A stretch of DNA of 50,963 nt from a virus (Duplodnaviria; Caudoviricetes). The notes beneath the pieces were generated by a model. It made no database searches. It was not told where the DNA came from and worked only from the letters and a program-made list of their open reading frames with translations. How positions within the stretch are numbered: the first letter of the stretch is position 1; the number at the start of each line of letters is the position of its first letter. Shown in pieces: positions 27,430 through 37,166 of the stretch. The DNA lies in the IMG/VR virus record IMGVR_UViG_3300044825_001111, positions 1 to 50,963 of that record. The stretch is one strand, 5' to 3'. A program made the translations under genes and the position numbers.

Positions 27430-27725
27430 CACTGATCTCCGTATGGCCAAGGCGGTAGATCGACTGTCTGCCCGGCAAGCGCGTGGGTGCTGTCGCTCAG
27501 GAACTCGATGCGGCCGTCGCGGACGAAGCAATGGCAGATCGGGGCAGTCGAGTGCGCCTTGCCCGCATTGGTGAGCAGCGATGGCGAGAGCGTCGGCTTC
27601 TCGACATCGCCGTTCCATGTCCAACCCAGCGGATCGGTGGTAACACCGTGGACCGCATCGCAGCCGGGACACCACAAGTGAAGGCCGCGCTTCCCGCCGC
27701 CGGTCCATTGCTTAACCTTTGCCAT
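27429..27725 (-). CDS. DUF6527-like Cys/His protein
   Basis: WCPGC..H...WNGD..KPTLSPSL...CHCFVRDGRI. Confidence 0.75.
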   Translation of the reverse strand: MAKVKQWTGGGKRGLHLWCPGCDAVHGVTTDPLGWTWNGDVEKPTLSPSLLTNAGKAHSTAPICHCFVRDGRIEFLSDSTHALAGQTVDLPPWPYGDQ

Positions 27726-27729
27726 GGCG

Positions 27730-27951
27730 TCACCACCAGCCCTGAATGATCGTCTGCGCCTTCTTGCGGAACCACATCACGCCCAGGACCATGACGGGGA
27801 TCGAGACGCTCAGGACTTCGGTCAGCGCGACCTGCAGCTCGGCCGGCGCGAGCGGAACGCCCCAGGTCTTGACCGCATAGGCGGCGAGGATGGCGATGCA
27901 CATTTGCGTGGTGCGGGATTTCAGAAAGCCCTCGACGTTTTGCTGATCCAT
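27730..27951 (-). CDS. Holin-like small membrane protein
   Basis: FLKSRT plus two TM helices and a basic C-terminus, right after endolysin. Confidence 0.65.
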   Translation of the reverse strand: MDQQNVEGFLKSRTTQMCIAILAAYAVKTWGVPLAPAELQVALTEVLSVSIPVMVLGVMWFRKKAQTIIQGWW

Positions 27952-27952
27952 G

Positions 27953-28627
27953 TCACTTGCCTCCGAAGAACACAGCCGCGATGCCGGCTAGAAGGGCGCC
28001 GACGATCCAGAACATGACCTCGCCGATCGAGCGCTTGGCGCTGATGGGCTCCGGTGGCGGGCTGGGCAGCGGCGGAACGGTCGGCGCGACATCGGGCTGC
28101 GACGGGTTGATCGAAGCCATAGACAGCGCCTTGGAGCGCACGCCGTCGACGCGGCGGGTCCAGCCTTTGCCGAACGTGTCCCAGGTGCTGAGGTCTTCCA
28201 GGAACTTCATGCGGCGGTCGCAGAGCTTGGCAATGACGCCCTCCGCGGGCTTGGCCGCCGCTGTGGCAATTGTCACATTGCCCATGAGGCCGTCGACGGC
28301 AACGCCGAGCACTTCCTGCAGATGCTCGATTGCCCGACGCGGCCCTGAATTGACCGCATAGTCGAACACCGCATAGTCGAGGCCAGATGGCAGGTTGTCG
28401 GCGCGAACCGCCATCCAGTATTGCTGATAGTAGATTGCCTCGATCTCGGCGTCGCTGATGCGCGCCACCGACTGTTGATCCTTGCCGGCATTCCGGCGGT
28501 AAGCGTCATAGACGCGCTGCGTGACGCCGCGCATGGTGGCGCCGCCGGGATCCCGCGGGTGATTGGAAAAGCCGCCCTCGTGGACAAGGACGGCCGCCAG
28601 CGATGATTTGAAGTTGGCCTTCATCAC
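27953..28627 (-). CDS. Endolysin, glycoside hydrolase family 108, with C-terminal TM helix
   Basis: HEGGFSNHPRDPGGATMRGVT, FDYAVNSG, FGKGWTRR. Confidence 0.92.
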   Translation of the reverse strand: MMKANFKSSLAAVLVHEGGFSNHPRDPGGATMRGVTQRVYDAYRRNAGKDQQSVARISDAEIEAIYYQQYWMAVRADNLPSGLDYAVFDYAVNSGPRRAIEHLQEVLGVAVDGLMGNVTIATAAAKPAEGVIAKLCDRRMKFLEDLSTWDTFGKGWTRRVDGVRSKALSMASINPSQPDVAPTVPPLPSPPPEPISAKRSIGEVMFWIVGALLAGIAAVFFGGK

Positions 28628-29004
28628 ATACCTCTCGGCTCAAAGATGCAGTAGTAGCCGCGGCGCGGGTCCGACGAGACGGTGTCGCCCATCAGGCAAA
28701 TGTGCCACAGGTTGTCTTCGCTCGGCTGCAGGCGGGCGTAGTCAATGAACTCGTCGAAGCCCGTCCGGCGGTTGTAGTTGATCGCCTGCGCCTGCTCTGG
28801 CGTGAGCGTCACGCGAATGCCGCGCGGGTCCGAGAAGTCGATGAACCGGACATCGAGCGGCGCGCAGTCTGAGCCGCCGCAGCATGACGTCATCTTCCCG
28901 AAGATCGGGTCGCGCTTCTGGCTGTACCAGCTATGAGCCCAGACAACCGGCGCCAGAAACACGAAAGCCGCCACGAGGGCGGCCACGGCGAGCAGATGGC
29001 GCAT
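28624..29004 (-). CDS. Secreted Cys-containing protein
   Basis: Signal peptide, AHSWY...CCGGSDC...HIC...YCIF. Confidence 0.75.
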   Translation of the reverse strand: MRHLLAVAALVAAFVFLAPVVWAHSWYSQKRDPIFGKMTSCCGGSDCAPLDVRFIDFSDPRGIRVTLTPEQAQAINYNRRTGFDEFIDYARLQPSEDNLWHICLMGDTVSSDPRRGYYCIFEPRGM

Positions 29005-29008
29005 GGGA

Positions 29009-29179
29009 CTAGACCGGCGGTGCGGACGAGAAGAGGCCGGCGATCCATGCCCAGATTGCGGCGCCGAGAGCGACCAGGGCGGCCATGCCCTTCTTCCAGT
29101 CCATGCCGGTCGGGGTCATTGCGCTGTACATGAAGATCGCCGCGAGGGCGACAAGCACGCCGATAAGAATGTAGCTCAT
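29009..29179 (-). CDS. Small two-TM membrane protein
   Basis: MSYILIGVLVALAAIFMYS...ALVALGAAIWAWIAG. Confidence 0.65.
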   Translation of the reverse strand: MSYILIGVLVALAAIFMYSAMTPTGMDWKKGMAALVALGAAIWAWIAGLFSSAPPV

Positions 29180-29463
29180 TGGACTTCCTTTCCGATGGTG
29201 GTTGTTCTGTCCGTTTTGCCCGCGTCCGAACGCCGGTCGAGCAAGGTCTCGATCCGCTGTGTCAGCCGGTCGAGGTTCTTCAACTGTTCGCGGATCTGGA
29301 CGATGTCCTCGCGCAGCGTGACTTGAGTTTCGAGCGTCTTCTCGATGACCGTAACGCGGGCATTGGTGGCGCTCGCGTACCAGATGCCGCTTCCGACAGA
29401 GCACAAGATCGTTATGATCAACGCGAGCGGGATTTCTCGCCCTACGTGCCAGCGTTCGGCCAT
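29176..29463 (-). CDS. Membrane-anchored coiled-coil protein (lysis region)
   Basis: WHVGREIPLALIITIL... TM followed by heptads. Confidence 0.7.
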   Translation of the reverse strand: MAERWHVGREIPLALIITILCSVGSGIWYASATNARVTVIEKTLETQVTLREDIVQIREQLKNLDRLTQRIETLLDRRSDAGKTDRTTTIGKEVQ

Positions 29464-29475
29464 TTCCTTCTCCCA

Positions 29476-32070
29476 TCAAGCATGAATTTCCGGCGCTTCG
29501 TCGAGAAGCGTGACGCGGGCTTCCAGGTTCGGCAGCCGCTCGATGTTGAACACCTTGCAGCGACGCGCCGTTGATACAAATGACCCGATGGCGACGGTCT
29601 TGCCCGCGACGACAGTCTCGGGATCCGTGACGGCAAACGGCGTTGTGAATAGGATCGTCTGGCTGTCGACCACGGACGCGATCTGCTTGGTCAGCGTCAA
29701 GCCGGTGTCGAGCTGGATCGTCACCCCTGCCCCGGTCGTCGGCGTCGTCACGGCGGCATCGAGGCGCAGGCCGGTGACATTGCCGGCGGACTTCAAGACT
29801 TCGACGATCACCGCCGACGCGATCGTGCTGTCGAGTTCGTCGACTGCCAGCGCTACCAGCGTGCCGCGCCCGCTGACCAGGTGCGCCCAATCCATTTCAA
29901 AAGAATAGGTGTTCTTGCGATAGATCATCTGGCGCAGGTCGAAGGTTGCCCGCGCCTGCACCTTGGTCCGGTTCGTGAACAGATTGTAGCGGATCGCCTG
30001 GAACAGCGTGGCGTTGCCGCTGTTGTAGCCGGGCGCATAGACAATCGTTTCCGTCGCCCGGAAGTCGTCGGCTTCGTCAAGGAACTCGGCGCGGATCGCG
30101 TGCGGAATCTTTGTGAAGGACCGCTCGACCGAAAGGTTACGGATGATCCGGGAACTCAGGAGCTGCGTCGTCGCTTCGGAGGTCGTGTCACGTTCCAGAA
30201 GGATCGACCACTTTTCCTCTTGCCTAGGAACGCCGCGGCAGGTGGCGGCCAGTTCCTGCAAAGCCTGCTCGACCGAGTAGCCCTGGATGATGCCGTTCGC
30301 CTCGTAGCCATTCGCCTCGCAGTCTAGATATGCGTCGCCCAGCGCGCGGTCGTCGACGAGACTCGCCGACAATGGCTGCGCGTTTAGCGAGCCGATCAGA
30401 ACCTCCCGATAGAGCGCGGCGGGGTTGTTGGTGGGATTGTAGGACGTGACCCAGGTCGTGCCGCTAAACGTGCGCGCCCGGCTGGTGAAACTGCCGCTGA
30501 TGCTTTCGATCTTGGTCTTGCGCGCCTTGACCGCGATCAGGCAAAGGTCGGTGCGGACGCCAATCGGGTGATCGTTCTTGATGCAGGTGAAGGCCTCGAC
30601 CTGAGCGGCGCCGACGAGTTTCTTCTGATTGACCGTGACCTTGTAGGTCGAAGAATCGAGGAAGTAATCGAAGAAGCGCGCCTTGGTCGGGCTGCCGTTG
30701 TATTCGTAGGTCGAGGCCGAAAACGACGAGAGATCGTAGCCAGTGCCGCGGCGGATCCTGATGTCGTACTTGTCCTTCGGAAACGTGGTCCCGCTGAGAT
30801 AGAGCGTCACGCCGTCGCGGTCGATCTGGACGTTTTTGGCTGGCTTGAGCGTGCCAGTCTGCCGGAAGTGGCTATTGGCCTGCCAGCTCTGGGTATCGCC
30901 GCCGGTGTAGCCGTAGGCGTAGAACGTCGCCTCGCTGCTCGTCGGAGTGGCCGAGCCAGAGATCGCGCTCCACACCAGTTTGATATGCTGGCGCAGCGGC
31001 TTTGCCCAATCGTCAAGCGGGCTGATGTGGATCTCCGGGCCCTTGATCCATGTCGGTGAGCCGTGGCGCTTGATCTCGATGCGGAACGGGATCGCGGCAC
31101 GTTGCGTGCTGCCGTCACCGCCTTGAAAATAGTAGCCAGCCGGTAGGGCCAGCCGCAGGATCGCCTCGTCGGGCTCGCTGACCGTCTGGAACAGGTGATA
31201 GACCGACTTGGAGTCGTCCGGCGATGACTGGTCGACGAGACGGTCGAGCCGGCCGTCATTGCCCTCTTCGAGATCGAACTCTGACAAGGCCTCGCCCTGG
31301 CGCTCGACACCCATGCGGGTGACCAGCGTGAGCGCCGAGCTTGAGCTCGTCCCTCCCTCGCGGGTTTCGATCTCCACGTCGGGGAACTCGCTGTATGGCA
31401 CCCCGTTGATCAGCACTTCGTTGATCTGCGTGAACCCGGCCAGACCGACGATCGCGTAGACCTCGACCGTCCCGTCGAGCAGCAGGCTATAGGGCTGCAT
31501 GACGAATGGCGGCGAGGCGGTGACCGTGCCCATGACCTTCGGCAGATACTCGAAAGGCGCCATTGCGTTGCCGTTGATCCCGGCGACCGCCTCGGGCCGA
31601 AAATTCCGGTTCTTGGCGTTCCCTGCCACCGGCGGCGGTGCCAGGGCCCGCAGCGCCAGTTGTCCGGCGATGCCGAAGGCGGCCCCGGCCAATTGAGCGC
31701 CGAGCGTAGCAGGCCCGAAAGCGGCGCCCAGGAACGGCGCCAGCGTGCCGCCCGAGATCAGCGCAGCGCCCGCGATGATGGCAATGGTCGCCACGATCGT
31801 GATGACCTGCTTCGTGCTGCCCTGCTGCCCGCCGTGGAGCGTCGGAGGGTAAACCGTCACGACCATGCCGTCTTTCGGCCTCACCAGCCGCCAGAACCGG
31901 CACGGGACGACGTGGCCATTGATCGCCACCTCGCCAGTCTCGAGAACCCATTGCGGCACCTCGGCCAGCGCCACGATGTCGGCCAGGGTCGCGTTGCCGG
32001 GCACGGTCACGCGCCGCGCTGGCTCGAACCAGTCATTGCGGGATATGACGTTAACGGCTGGCAATGACAT
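29476..32070 (-). CDS. Tail tip / host-specificity protein (lambda I/J-like)
   Basis: N-terminal ubiquitin-like plus Gly/Ala-rich segment, NNPAALYR, tail-hub motifs; follows NlpC/P60. Confidence 0.8.
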   Translation of the reverse strand: MSLPAVNVISRNDWFEPARRVTVPGNATLADIVALAEVPQWVLETGEVAINGHVVPCRFWRLVRPKDGMVVTVYPPTLHGGQQGSTKQVITIVATIAIIAGAALISGGTLAPFLGAAFGPATLGAQLAGAAFGIAGQLALRALAPPPVAGNAKNRNFRPEAVAGINGNAMAPFEYLPKVMGTVTASPPFVMQPYSLLLDGTVEVYAIVGLAGFTQINEVLINGVPYSEFPDVEIETREGGTSSSSALTLVTRMGVERQGEALSEFDLEEGNDGRLDRLVDQSSPDDSKSVYHLFQTVSEPDEAILRLALPAGYYFQGGDGSTQRAAIPFRIEIKRHGSPTWIKGPEIHISPLDDWAKPLRQHIKLVWSAISGSATPTSSEATFYAYGYTGGDTQSWQANSHFRQTGTLKPAKNVQIDRDGVTLYLSGTTFPKDKYDIRIRRGTGYDLSSFSASTYEYNGSPTKARFFDYFLDSSTYKVTVNQKKLVGAAQVEAFTCIKNDHPIGVRTDLCLIAVKARKTKIESISGSFTSRARTFSGTTWVTSYNPTNNPAALYREVLIGSLNAQPLSASLVDDRALGDAYLDCEANGYEANGIIQGYSVEQALQELAATCRGVPRQEEKWSILLERDTTSEATTQLLSSRIIRNLSVERSFTKIPHAIRAEFLDEADDFRATETIVYAPGYNSGNATLFQAIRYNLFTNRTKVQARATFDLRQMIYRKNTYSFEMDWAHLVSGRGTLVALAVDELDSTIASAVIVEVLKSAGNVTGLRLDAAVTTPTTGAGVTIQLDTGLTLTKQIASVVDSQTILFTTPFAVTDPETVVAGKTVAIGSFVSTARRCKVFNIERLPNLEARVTLLDEAPEIHA

Positions 32071-32482
32071 GGTGCCTGTAAATCCCGCAGATCCGATCTT
32101 TGACGGTATGGCTCGTGAGCTTCGGCGCGACCGCGTCAATCCCATGTTCCACGTGTAACACTGTGGCAAAAGGCGCCACGATCCCGACATGCGCCGGAAC
32201 CCCGACCCCGCCCGCGTGGCCGCGCATGACCACGACGTCGAACTCTTGCTCGGCGCCCCGGATCACCGGCAGCCATTCCCGGCTGTCGATGCTCGATACA
32301 ATCGCCCGCGCGACGCCTCGAATGTCGGTCGCCTTGATTGCCGCGAAGTCGTCCAGCGGCATCTTGAGCCGTTCCCAGAAGACCAGCCGGACCAGCCCCC
32401 AGCAATCGACGCCCGTCCGGTCCCGGCCTCCGTCGACGAAGGGCAGCCCGACATAGTCGGACGCCCAGGAGATTTCAGTCAT
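32051..32482 (-). CDS. NlpC/P60 tail assembly protein
   Basis: YVGLPF..GGRD..GVDCWGLV...HVGI. Confidence 0.9.
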   Translation of the reverse strand: MTEISWASDYVGLPFVDGGRDRTGVDCWGLVRLVFWERLKMPLDDFAAIKATDIRGVARAIVSSIDSREWLPVIRGAEQEFDVVVMRGHAGGVGVPAHVGIVAPFATVLHVEHGIDAVAPKLTSHTVKDRICGIYRHHVIASR

Positions 32483-32945
32483 CGAAGAAGAGGCCAGGCA
32501 GGCGGCTCGGCGTCGCCCGCAAGTGTGGGTATGGCTCGCCGGTGAACGATTGCAACGTGAGGTCGCCCTCGACCGTCAAGGCGTTGGCGACCACGTTCCG
32601 CAATTCCAGACCCGAGAATGATTTTTCCGGCGTGTCCGCTGAGGACGCCAGGACAAGCACGATGTCGACCGTGATCTGCCCGGTGGCCGCCTCGATCGCT
32701 TCCCAGATCTCGCGGCTGACGTTCCCGATCCGAAGCCTTGCCAGCGGCGCGTCGTCGCCGTCACCCGGTAGCTCGATCTCGAAGGGATAGGCCAAGAAGT
32801 CGTGACCGTTCGAGACAATCTTTTCGCTGTTGTTGCAGACCCGGAACGTCTCAAACCCGGTGCCGCTGATGGTCAGCAAGACGATCGCCACCTCGTCCGT
32901 GCGGTGGCCGAGTATTGCCCGCGCCATTTCCTCCGAGATTGCCAT
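32475..32945 (-). CDS. Minor tail protein (DUF1833-like)
   Basis: LLTI...SNG..F.AYPFEIELP...NVSR...TP..LPGLF. Confidence 0.8.
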   Translation of the reverse strand: MAISEEMARAILGHRTDEVAIVLLTISGTGFETFRVCNNSEKIVSNGHDFLAYPFEIELPGDGDDAPLARLRIGNVSREIWEAIEAATGQITVDIVLVLASSADTPEKSFSGLELRNVVANALTVEGDLTLQSFTGEPYPHLRATPSRLPGLFFDD

Positions 32946-33151
32946 CAGGCGGCCGGTTTTCTTTCAAGCAAGGCGTTAACCCGCGCCACCTCTTCGGTGA
33001 CCAGGTCTGCGAGCGGCGCCTCTAGCTTAACTTTCAGCCAGTAGCGAATGTTTGAGTGCTGATAGGCGCTCAAAAGGATGTGCTGATTGTCACCCTCAAT
33101 GGGAGCGGCGCGCCATTGGTCGCGCGGTATCAGTTCAAGCGGTGGTAGCAT
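32945..33151 (-). CDS. Small hypothetical protein
   Basis: 68 aa, 1-nt overlaps with both neighbours. Confidence 0.55.
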   Translation of the reverse strand: MLPPLELIPRDQWRAAPIEGDNQHILLSAYQHSNIRYWLKVKLEAPLADLVTEEVARVNALLERKPAA

Positions 33152-34527
33152 TATGCAGCCTCTCTCAGCAGCGCGCACTCGACGCGCCAGACCTGCGGCG
33201 CCACATACTGGATCTGCGGCGGCGCGGCCCATAGCCAGGCCTTGATCGCTTCGGTCTCCGGGTCGGTCCAGTAGAACGGCGTCGCCCCGTTGGCGCAGTC
33301 GTCCCGATAGAAGCGGTCGAGCATATCCTTCGCCACGTTGCTCTTGAGCATGAGCGCGAAGGTCACGTCGGCGTAGTTGCCTCCGCTCCTGGCGCGATAC
33401 TGCCGTGCACCGACTTCCGAATCCGTCCGCAGCGTGTCGTCGCCGGGCGTCGGCTTATAGGTGCCGTCGAGCGGCGATTGCGGAAAGTCATACGCAGCCG
33501 GCCAGAGCGGGCCGAACTGACCCGCTTGCACCGTCGCGTCGTCCAGCGTGGCAGACAGGCTGCCAGTGATGCCGCTTGCGGTCGTAGCGCCGACCACCGC
33601 GTCGTCGAGGGTAATCGAAGCCGAGCCGGTGAAGTCCCATGCAACGACGCCAGCTGCCACCGCGTCATCGAGCGTGACAGCCGCTTCGCCGTCGATGTCG
33701 ACCAGAACTTCCGTGTAGACCGTGGCGTCGTCGAGTGTGACGTCCAGATAGCCAAAAGTCTCAACGTCGATGGTGCCGGCCGCGGTGGCGTCTGCGAGCG
33801 TCTGGCTGAGAACGCCGTCCGCAACGCCGGATAGGTTAGCCGCCCCAGTTACGGTTGCATCCGCTGCAGTGAGCGCCAGCGCCCCCGCAATCGCCAAAGT
33901 GGCGGCGGCTGAAACCGTAGCGTTGGACAGCGACTTTGACATCGAGCCAGAAATCGAGCCGCTGGTCGTGATGACAAGCTGTGGCGGATTGGCCTGCGAT
34001 GGAGACTGCCACCACGCGATCTCTTCTTCGTTCGTGCCTGGTGCCGTCCCTGCCGCAAACAAGTCGGTGGTAACGTAGAACCGGGTGCTTCCCGACGGGT
34101 TGATGTTTGCCGGGAACGCGACGTTAGTAAACGAGTTGTATGCGCCAATCGACATCGCGCCAGATGCAAGAGTGGCAAGCAATGTGTCGCCGGCTACGTC
34201 AGCACCCGGCACCCAATCTGCTGTCGTGACCGAAGTGCTAAAGTCGTAAAGCCGAGCCTGCGCCACGAAGGGATTGTCGGCGACCACGTTGCCTAAATAG
34301 ACCTTGAGCTCGACGCTGGTGATGGTGCCGGTCACACCCGAGGTGTCAAACTCTAAGAACGACTCGTAGAGGTAGTTTGTGCCGGTTATAAGCTGCTGGC
34401 CGATGATCTGCGCTGTCGAGGAAAATGCAGTCTTCGTTCCGCTCGTCCCACGCGCATTGGCATAATTGCTTGCCTGAGAGCGCACATAGCCAAAATTTGT
34501 TGACGCATTGATGGTGTAGACAGGCAC
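33151..34527 (-). CDS. Tail protein with C-terminal distal-tail (gpM/Dit-like) domain
   Basis: Central TLDDA repeats; C-terminal WP..FPQ...FY...GATPFYWTDP...W.V. Confidence 0.7.
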   Translation of the reverse strand: MPVYTINASTNFGYVRSQASNYANARGTSGTKTAFSSTAQIIGQQLITGTNYLYESFLEFDTSGVTGTITSVELKVYLGNVVADNPFVAQARLYDFSTSVTTADWVPGADVAGDTLLATLASGAMSIGAYNSFTNVAFPANINPSGSTRFYVTTDLFAAGTAPGTNEEEIAWWQSPSQANPPQLVITTSGSISGSMSKSLSNATVSAAATLAIAGALALTAADATVTGAANLSGVADGVLSQTLADATAAGTIDVETFGYLDVTLDDATVYTEVLVDIDGEAAVTLDDAVAAGVVAWDFTGSASITLDDAVVGATTASGITGSLSATLDDATVQAGQFGPLWPAAYDFPQSPLDGTYKPTPGDDTLRTDSEVGARQYRARSGGNYADVTFALMLKSNVAKDMLDRFYRDDCANGATPFYWTDPETEAIKAWLWAAPPQIQYVAPQVWRVECALLREAA

Positions 34528-34541
34528 CGATCCACCTCAGA

Positions 34542-34949
34542 TCAGGCGTTGCCGGCTGTGATCTGGAAGGCTGACACCGAGAAGGCCTGGCCGGCGTTGA
34601 ACGTCACCGAGTCAACAGTGAGGTCGCCGCCGCCGCCGGTGACAGTGACGGTGCCTTGCGCGCGGCAGGTTGTGCCATCGCTTTTGTACAGACGCCAGTG
34701 CGCCGCCGTGCCGCTATTGTCCGCCGAGCCGTCTGACCAGGTGCCGTTTTTGGTAATAGCGCCCGATGACGCCGCGTTGAATGCGGTCGCCGGAAGGCTG
34801 AGGGTTGCCAATACAGTGCCGGAATCCGCTGTGGCGACGTTGGCTGGCGCCGACCCGGTGCGGATCTTGAGAACCGGCGAAGCGCCAAGCTCCGAGACAA
34901 ACGCATCAAGCATCGCATTGCGCGATGCGACTGCAAGCTGAAGTGCCAT
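34542..34949 (-). CDS. Virion structural protein
   Basis: RNAMLD...LKIRTG..P...GTAAHWRL...G.V..G..GDL. Confidence 0.75.
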   Translation of the reverse strand: MALQLAVASRNAMLDAFVSELGASPVLKIRTGSAPANVATADSGTVLATLSLPATAFNAASSGAITKNGTWSDGSADNSGTAAHWRLYKSDGTTCRAQGTVTVTGGGGDLTVDSVTFNAGQAFSVSAFQITAGNA

Positions 34950-34958
34950 GATCTTCTC

Positions 34959-36305
34959 CTAAGATTGTCGGATGAGCCGAACGGCGACGTCCCAAACGTC
35001 GGCCGAGTAGTGTTGCGGATCGGGCGCCTCGGCCCATTCCCAGATGCGCGAGGTGACGCCGCCATCCTCGGGATCGTGCATGACGAAGGTCAGCGCGCCT
35101 TGGTCGCAGGTGTCGAACCAGAACGCGATCAGCGCGTCTTTCTGCGCCGAGGTCAGGCGGAACGAGCCGCTGCAATTGTATTGAGCCGTTGTCACCATGC
35201 GGCGGACTCGCGGCGTTCCGATCGACGGCTGAAACTCGGCAACGGTGTCTGCTGCCGCGCGCTGCCAGGTCTGAGGGAAGCCGACCAGCTCGGGCCAGTG
35301 ACGTGCCTCGATGCCGCCGCTGTAGATCAGCGACGCCGAGGTGCCGGTGAGCGTGTAAAAGCCGGAATCAGCCGACACGCCATTAAGGCGCGTCAGGTTC
35401 GCGGTTGCCCCGGTGAGGGCGTAGGAACCAGCAGACGCAACGACTTCCCGCCCGTAGAGCAGGCTCGCCGCCGCGCCGGTGAGCGTATAGACGCCGGTTT
35501 CCGCGCCGACGACCTTTGCCCCGCTGCCCTGCTTGATCAGGCTGGCAGGCGTCCCTGTCAGCGCGTAGGCGCCAGCGGCACCGGTGATGATGACAGCGTG
35601 CAACAGGCTTGCCGCGACGCCAGTCAAGGCGTAGGCGCCGGGATCGGCGGTGATGATCTTGGTTTCAAGAGGGCGGATCGCCAGCGTGAAAGACGCCCAA
35701 TTCCGCGCCGACGCGGAGATCGTGAATGCGCCAGGATCTTCGCTCGTCCCGGTTGCCAGCTTGCACGCTACAGAGACGGCGTTCCCAACATTTGTGTTGG
35801 TCTGCACGGTGTTGACGCCAAGGGCGAAGCCGGTCGGATAGGAACCGAAGGTAAAGTCGCCGTTTTCGCAGAAGGCCACCGCGAGCCAAAGGTTTTCAGC
35901 ACTTCCCCAGGACGGCGTCAGCGACGGCGGGTCTGGCGCCAGCGTTGACGTCTGCTGGTTTGCCGACGAGACGGCGATCTCTGAGGTCGAGACGCCGTTG
36001 CGGTGACCGTTGATCAGCAGCGTCACCGCGCTCGCTCGCTTCGGTGCGTCAATGGTAACAGTCTGCGTCGACCCCTCAGACCCCGCCGCAATCTTGGCAA
36101 AGATCGCGCAGGAGTCCTTGGCATTGACGTCCGCAGACGCCAGCAGCGTCCAACCGCTCGGCGTCGTGATGCCGCCTTGGTCGTGGCGAATGAAACACAT
36201 CAGCAGCAGATCGCCCGACGAGATGCCGGTCGGCAGCGTCACCGCATGTGAGGTCGTTGACGAGTCCTGCGAATAGGTCGCCGTCGATTCGATTGCGACG
36301 GCCAT
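34959..36305 (-). CDS. Second tail protein with C-terminal Dit-like domain
   Basis: Central GxYxLTG repeats; C-terminal WP..FPQ...FW...GALTF..HDP...W.V. Confidence 0.7.
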   Translation of the reverse strand: MAVAIESTATYSQDSSTTSHAVTLPTGISSGDLLLMCFIRHDQGGITTPSGWTLLASADVNAKDSCAIFAKIAAGSEGSTQTVTIDAPKRASAVTLLINGHRNGVSTSEIAVSSANQQTSTLAPDPPSLTPSWGSAENLWLAVAFCENGDFTFGSYPTGFALGVNTVQTNTNVGNAVSVACKLATGTSEDPGAFTISASARNWASFTLAIRPLETKIITADPGAYALTGVAASLLHAVIITGAAGAYALTGTPASLIKQGSGAKVVGAETGVYTLTGAAASLLYGREVVASAGSYALTGATANLTRLNGVSADSGFYTLTGTSASLIYSGGIEARHWPELVGFPQTWQRAAADTVAEFQPSIGTPRVRRMVTTAQYNCSGSFRLTSAQKDALIAFWFDTCDQGALTFVMHDPEDGGVTSRIWEWAEAPDPQHYSADVWDVAVRLIRQS

Positions 36306-36713
36306 TTACCTGACGTCCCAGAACGGCCGCAGATCGAAGAGCTCGGGTCGCTCGCGGCGGTCAAAGTTCTTGGCGAGCGGATGATCGCCGCCGACGCAGA
36401 ACTTCACATGGCAGCGCCCGCAGGTGTTGCAATAGATCTTGTAGATGTCAGGCTTGCCCTTGGCGGCGTCGGTCGGGCACGAATACCAGGCCTCGATGTC
36501 GTGAGCGTTGAGGTCGCGGCAGCATTCCGCGATCTTGTCATTCGTGGCGAACTGTTCAAACCACTTCTGCTTGCCCCAGAGGACGTGTTTGATCTTCTTC
36601 ACCGCGATGCGGGCGCAGGCGAGAATGTGCAGGCTGTCCGGCGGCTCATAGGCAAGCGTCCGGCTTTCCGGCGGCTGATTATGGCCGATCTGCGGAGGCT
36701 GATGGTCCATCAT
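36306..36713 (-). CDS. Hypothetical Cys-rich protein
   Basis: CC...CNTCGRCH..FC. Confidence 0.7.
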   Translation of the reverse strand: MMDHQPPQIGHNQPPESRTLAYEPPDSLHILACARIAVKKIKHVLWGKQKWFEQFATNDKIAECCRDLNAHDIEAWYSCPTDAAKGKPDIYKIYCNTCGRCHVKFCVGGDHPLAKNFDRRERPELFDLRPFWDVR

Positions 36714-37156
36714 GCGCAGGGCGTCGTCAGTGTGCGTTCAACCGACCATCCGCGGTTGAGGCGGACCCGGAGAAGGCGAGATTTCACGCCGAGACTTTCG
36801 GACCATTCCACAATCGTCATGCGGCGCCCGCCAAGTTCGAGATAGCGGTTCATCCGGCGATTGCGGCTCTGCTCCTTGCGCGAAGCCCAGCGACAGTTTG
36901 CTTTACAATAAGGACCGTCATTGTCGATGCGGTCGAGGGTCATGCCTTCCGGCGGCTCGCCCATGTCAGCGGCGAAATTCTCGAACACAGCCCAACGCGG
37001 ATCGTAAGCGATCCCCCGTCCGCCCCAATCCTTGAATTGTTTGTTGTTTGGGTTGTCGCATCGAGACTTCATGCCAAGCCAGCAAACATGCAGGCGCCAC
37101 TTGGGGTTTTCCTTTGAGCGCAGTGATTTCAATGAGAAACCGTGCTTGTAATTCAC
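36710..37156 (-). CDS. HNH-type homing endonuclease in the tail operon
   Basis: W..MKSRC.NPN...GGRGI...TLDRIDNDGPYCKANCRWA; GTG start after AAGGAG. Confidence 0.88.
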   Translation of the reverse strand: MNYKHGFSLKSLRSKENPKWRLHVCWLGMKSRCDNPNNKQFKDWGGRGIAYDPRWAVFENFAADMGEPPEGMTLDRIDNDGPYCKANCRWASRKEQSRNRRMNRYLELGGRRMTIVEWSESLGVKSRLLRVRLNRGWSVERTLTTPCA

Positions 37157-37166
37157 GATCAACTCC

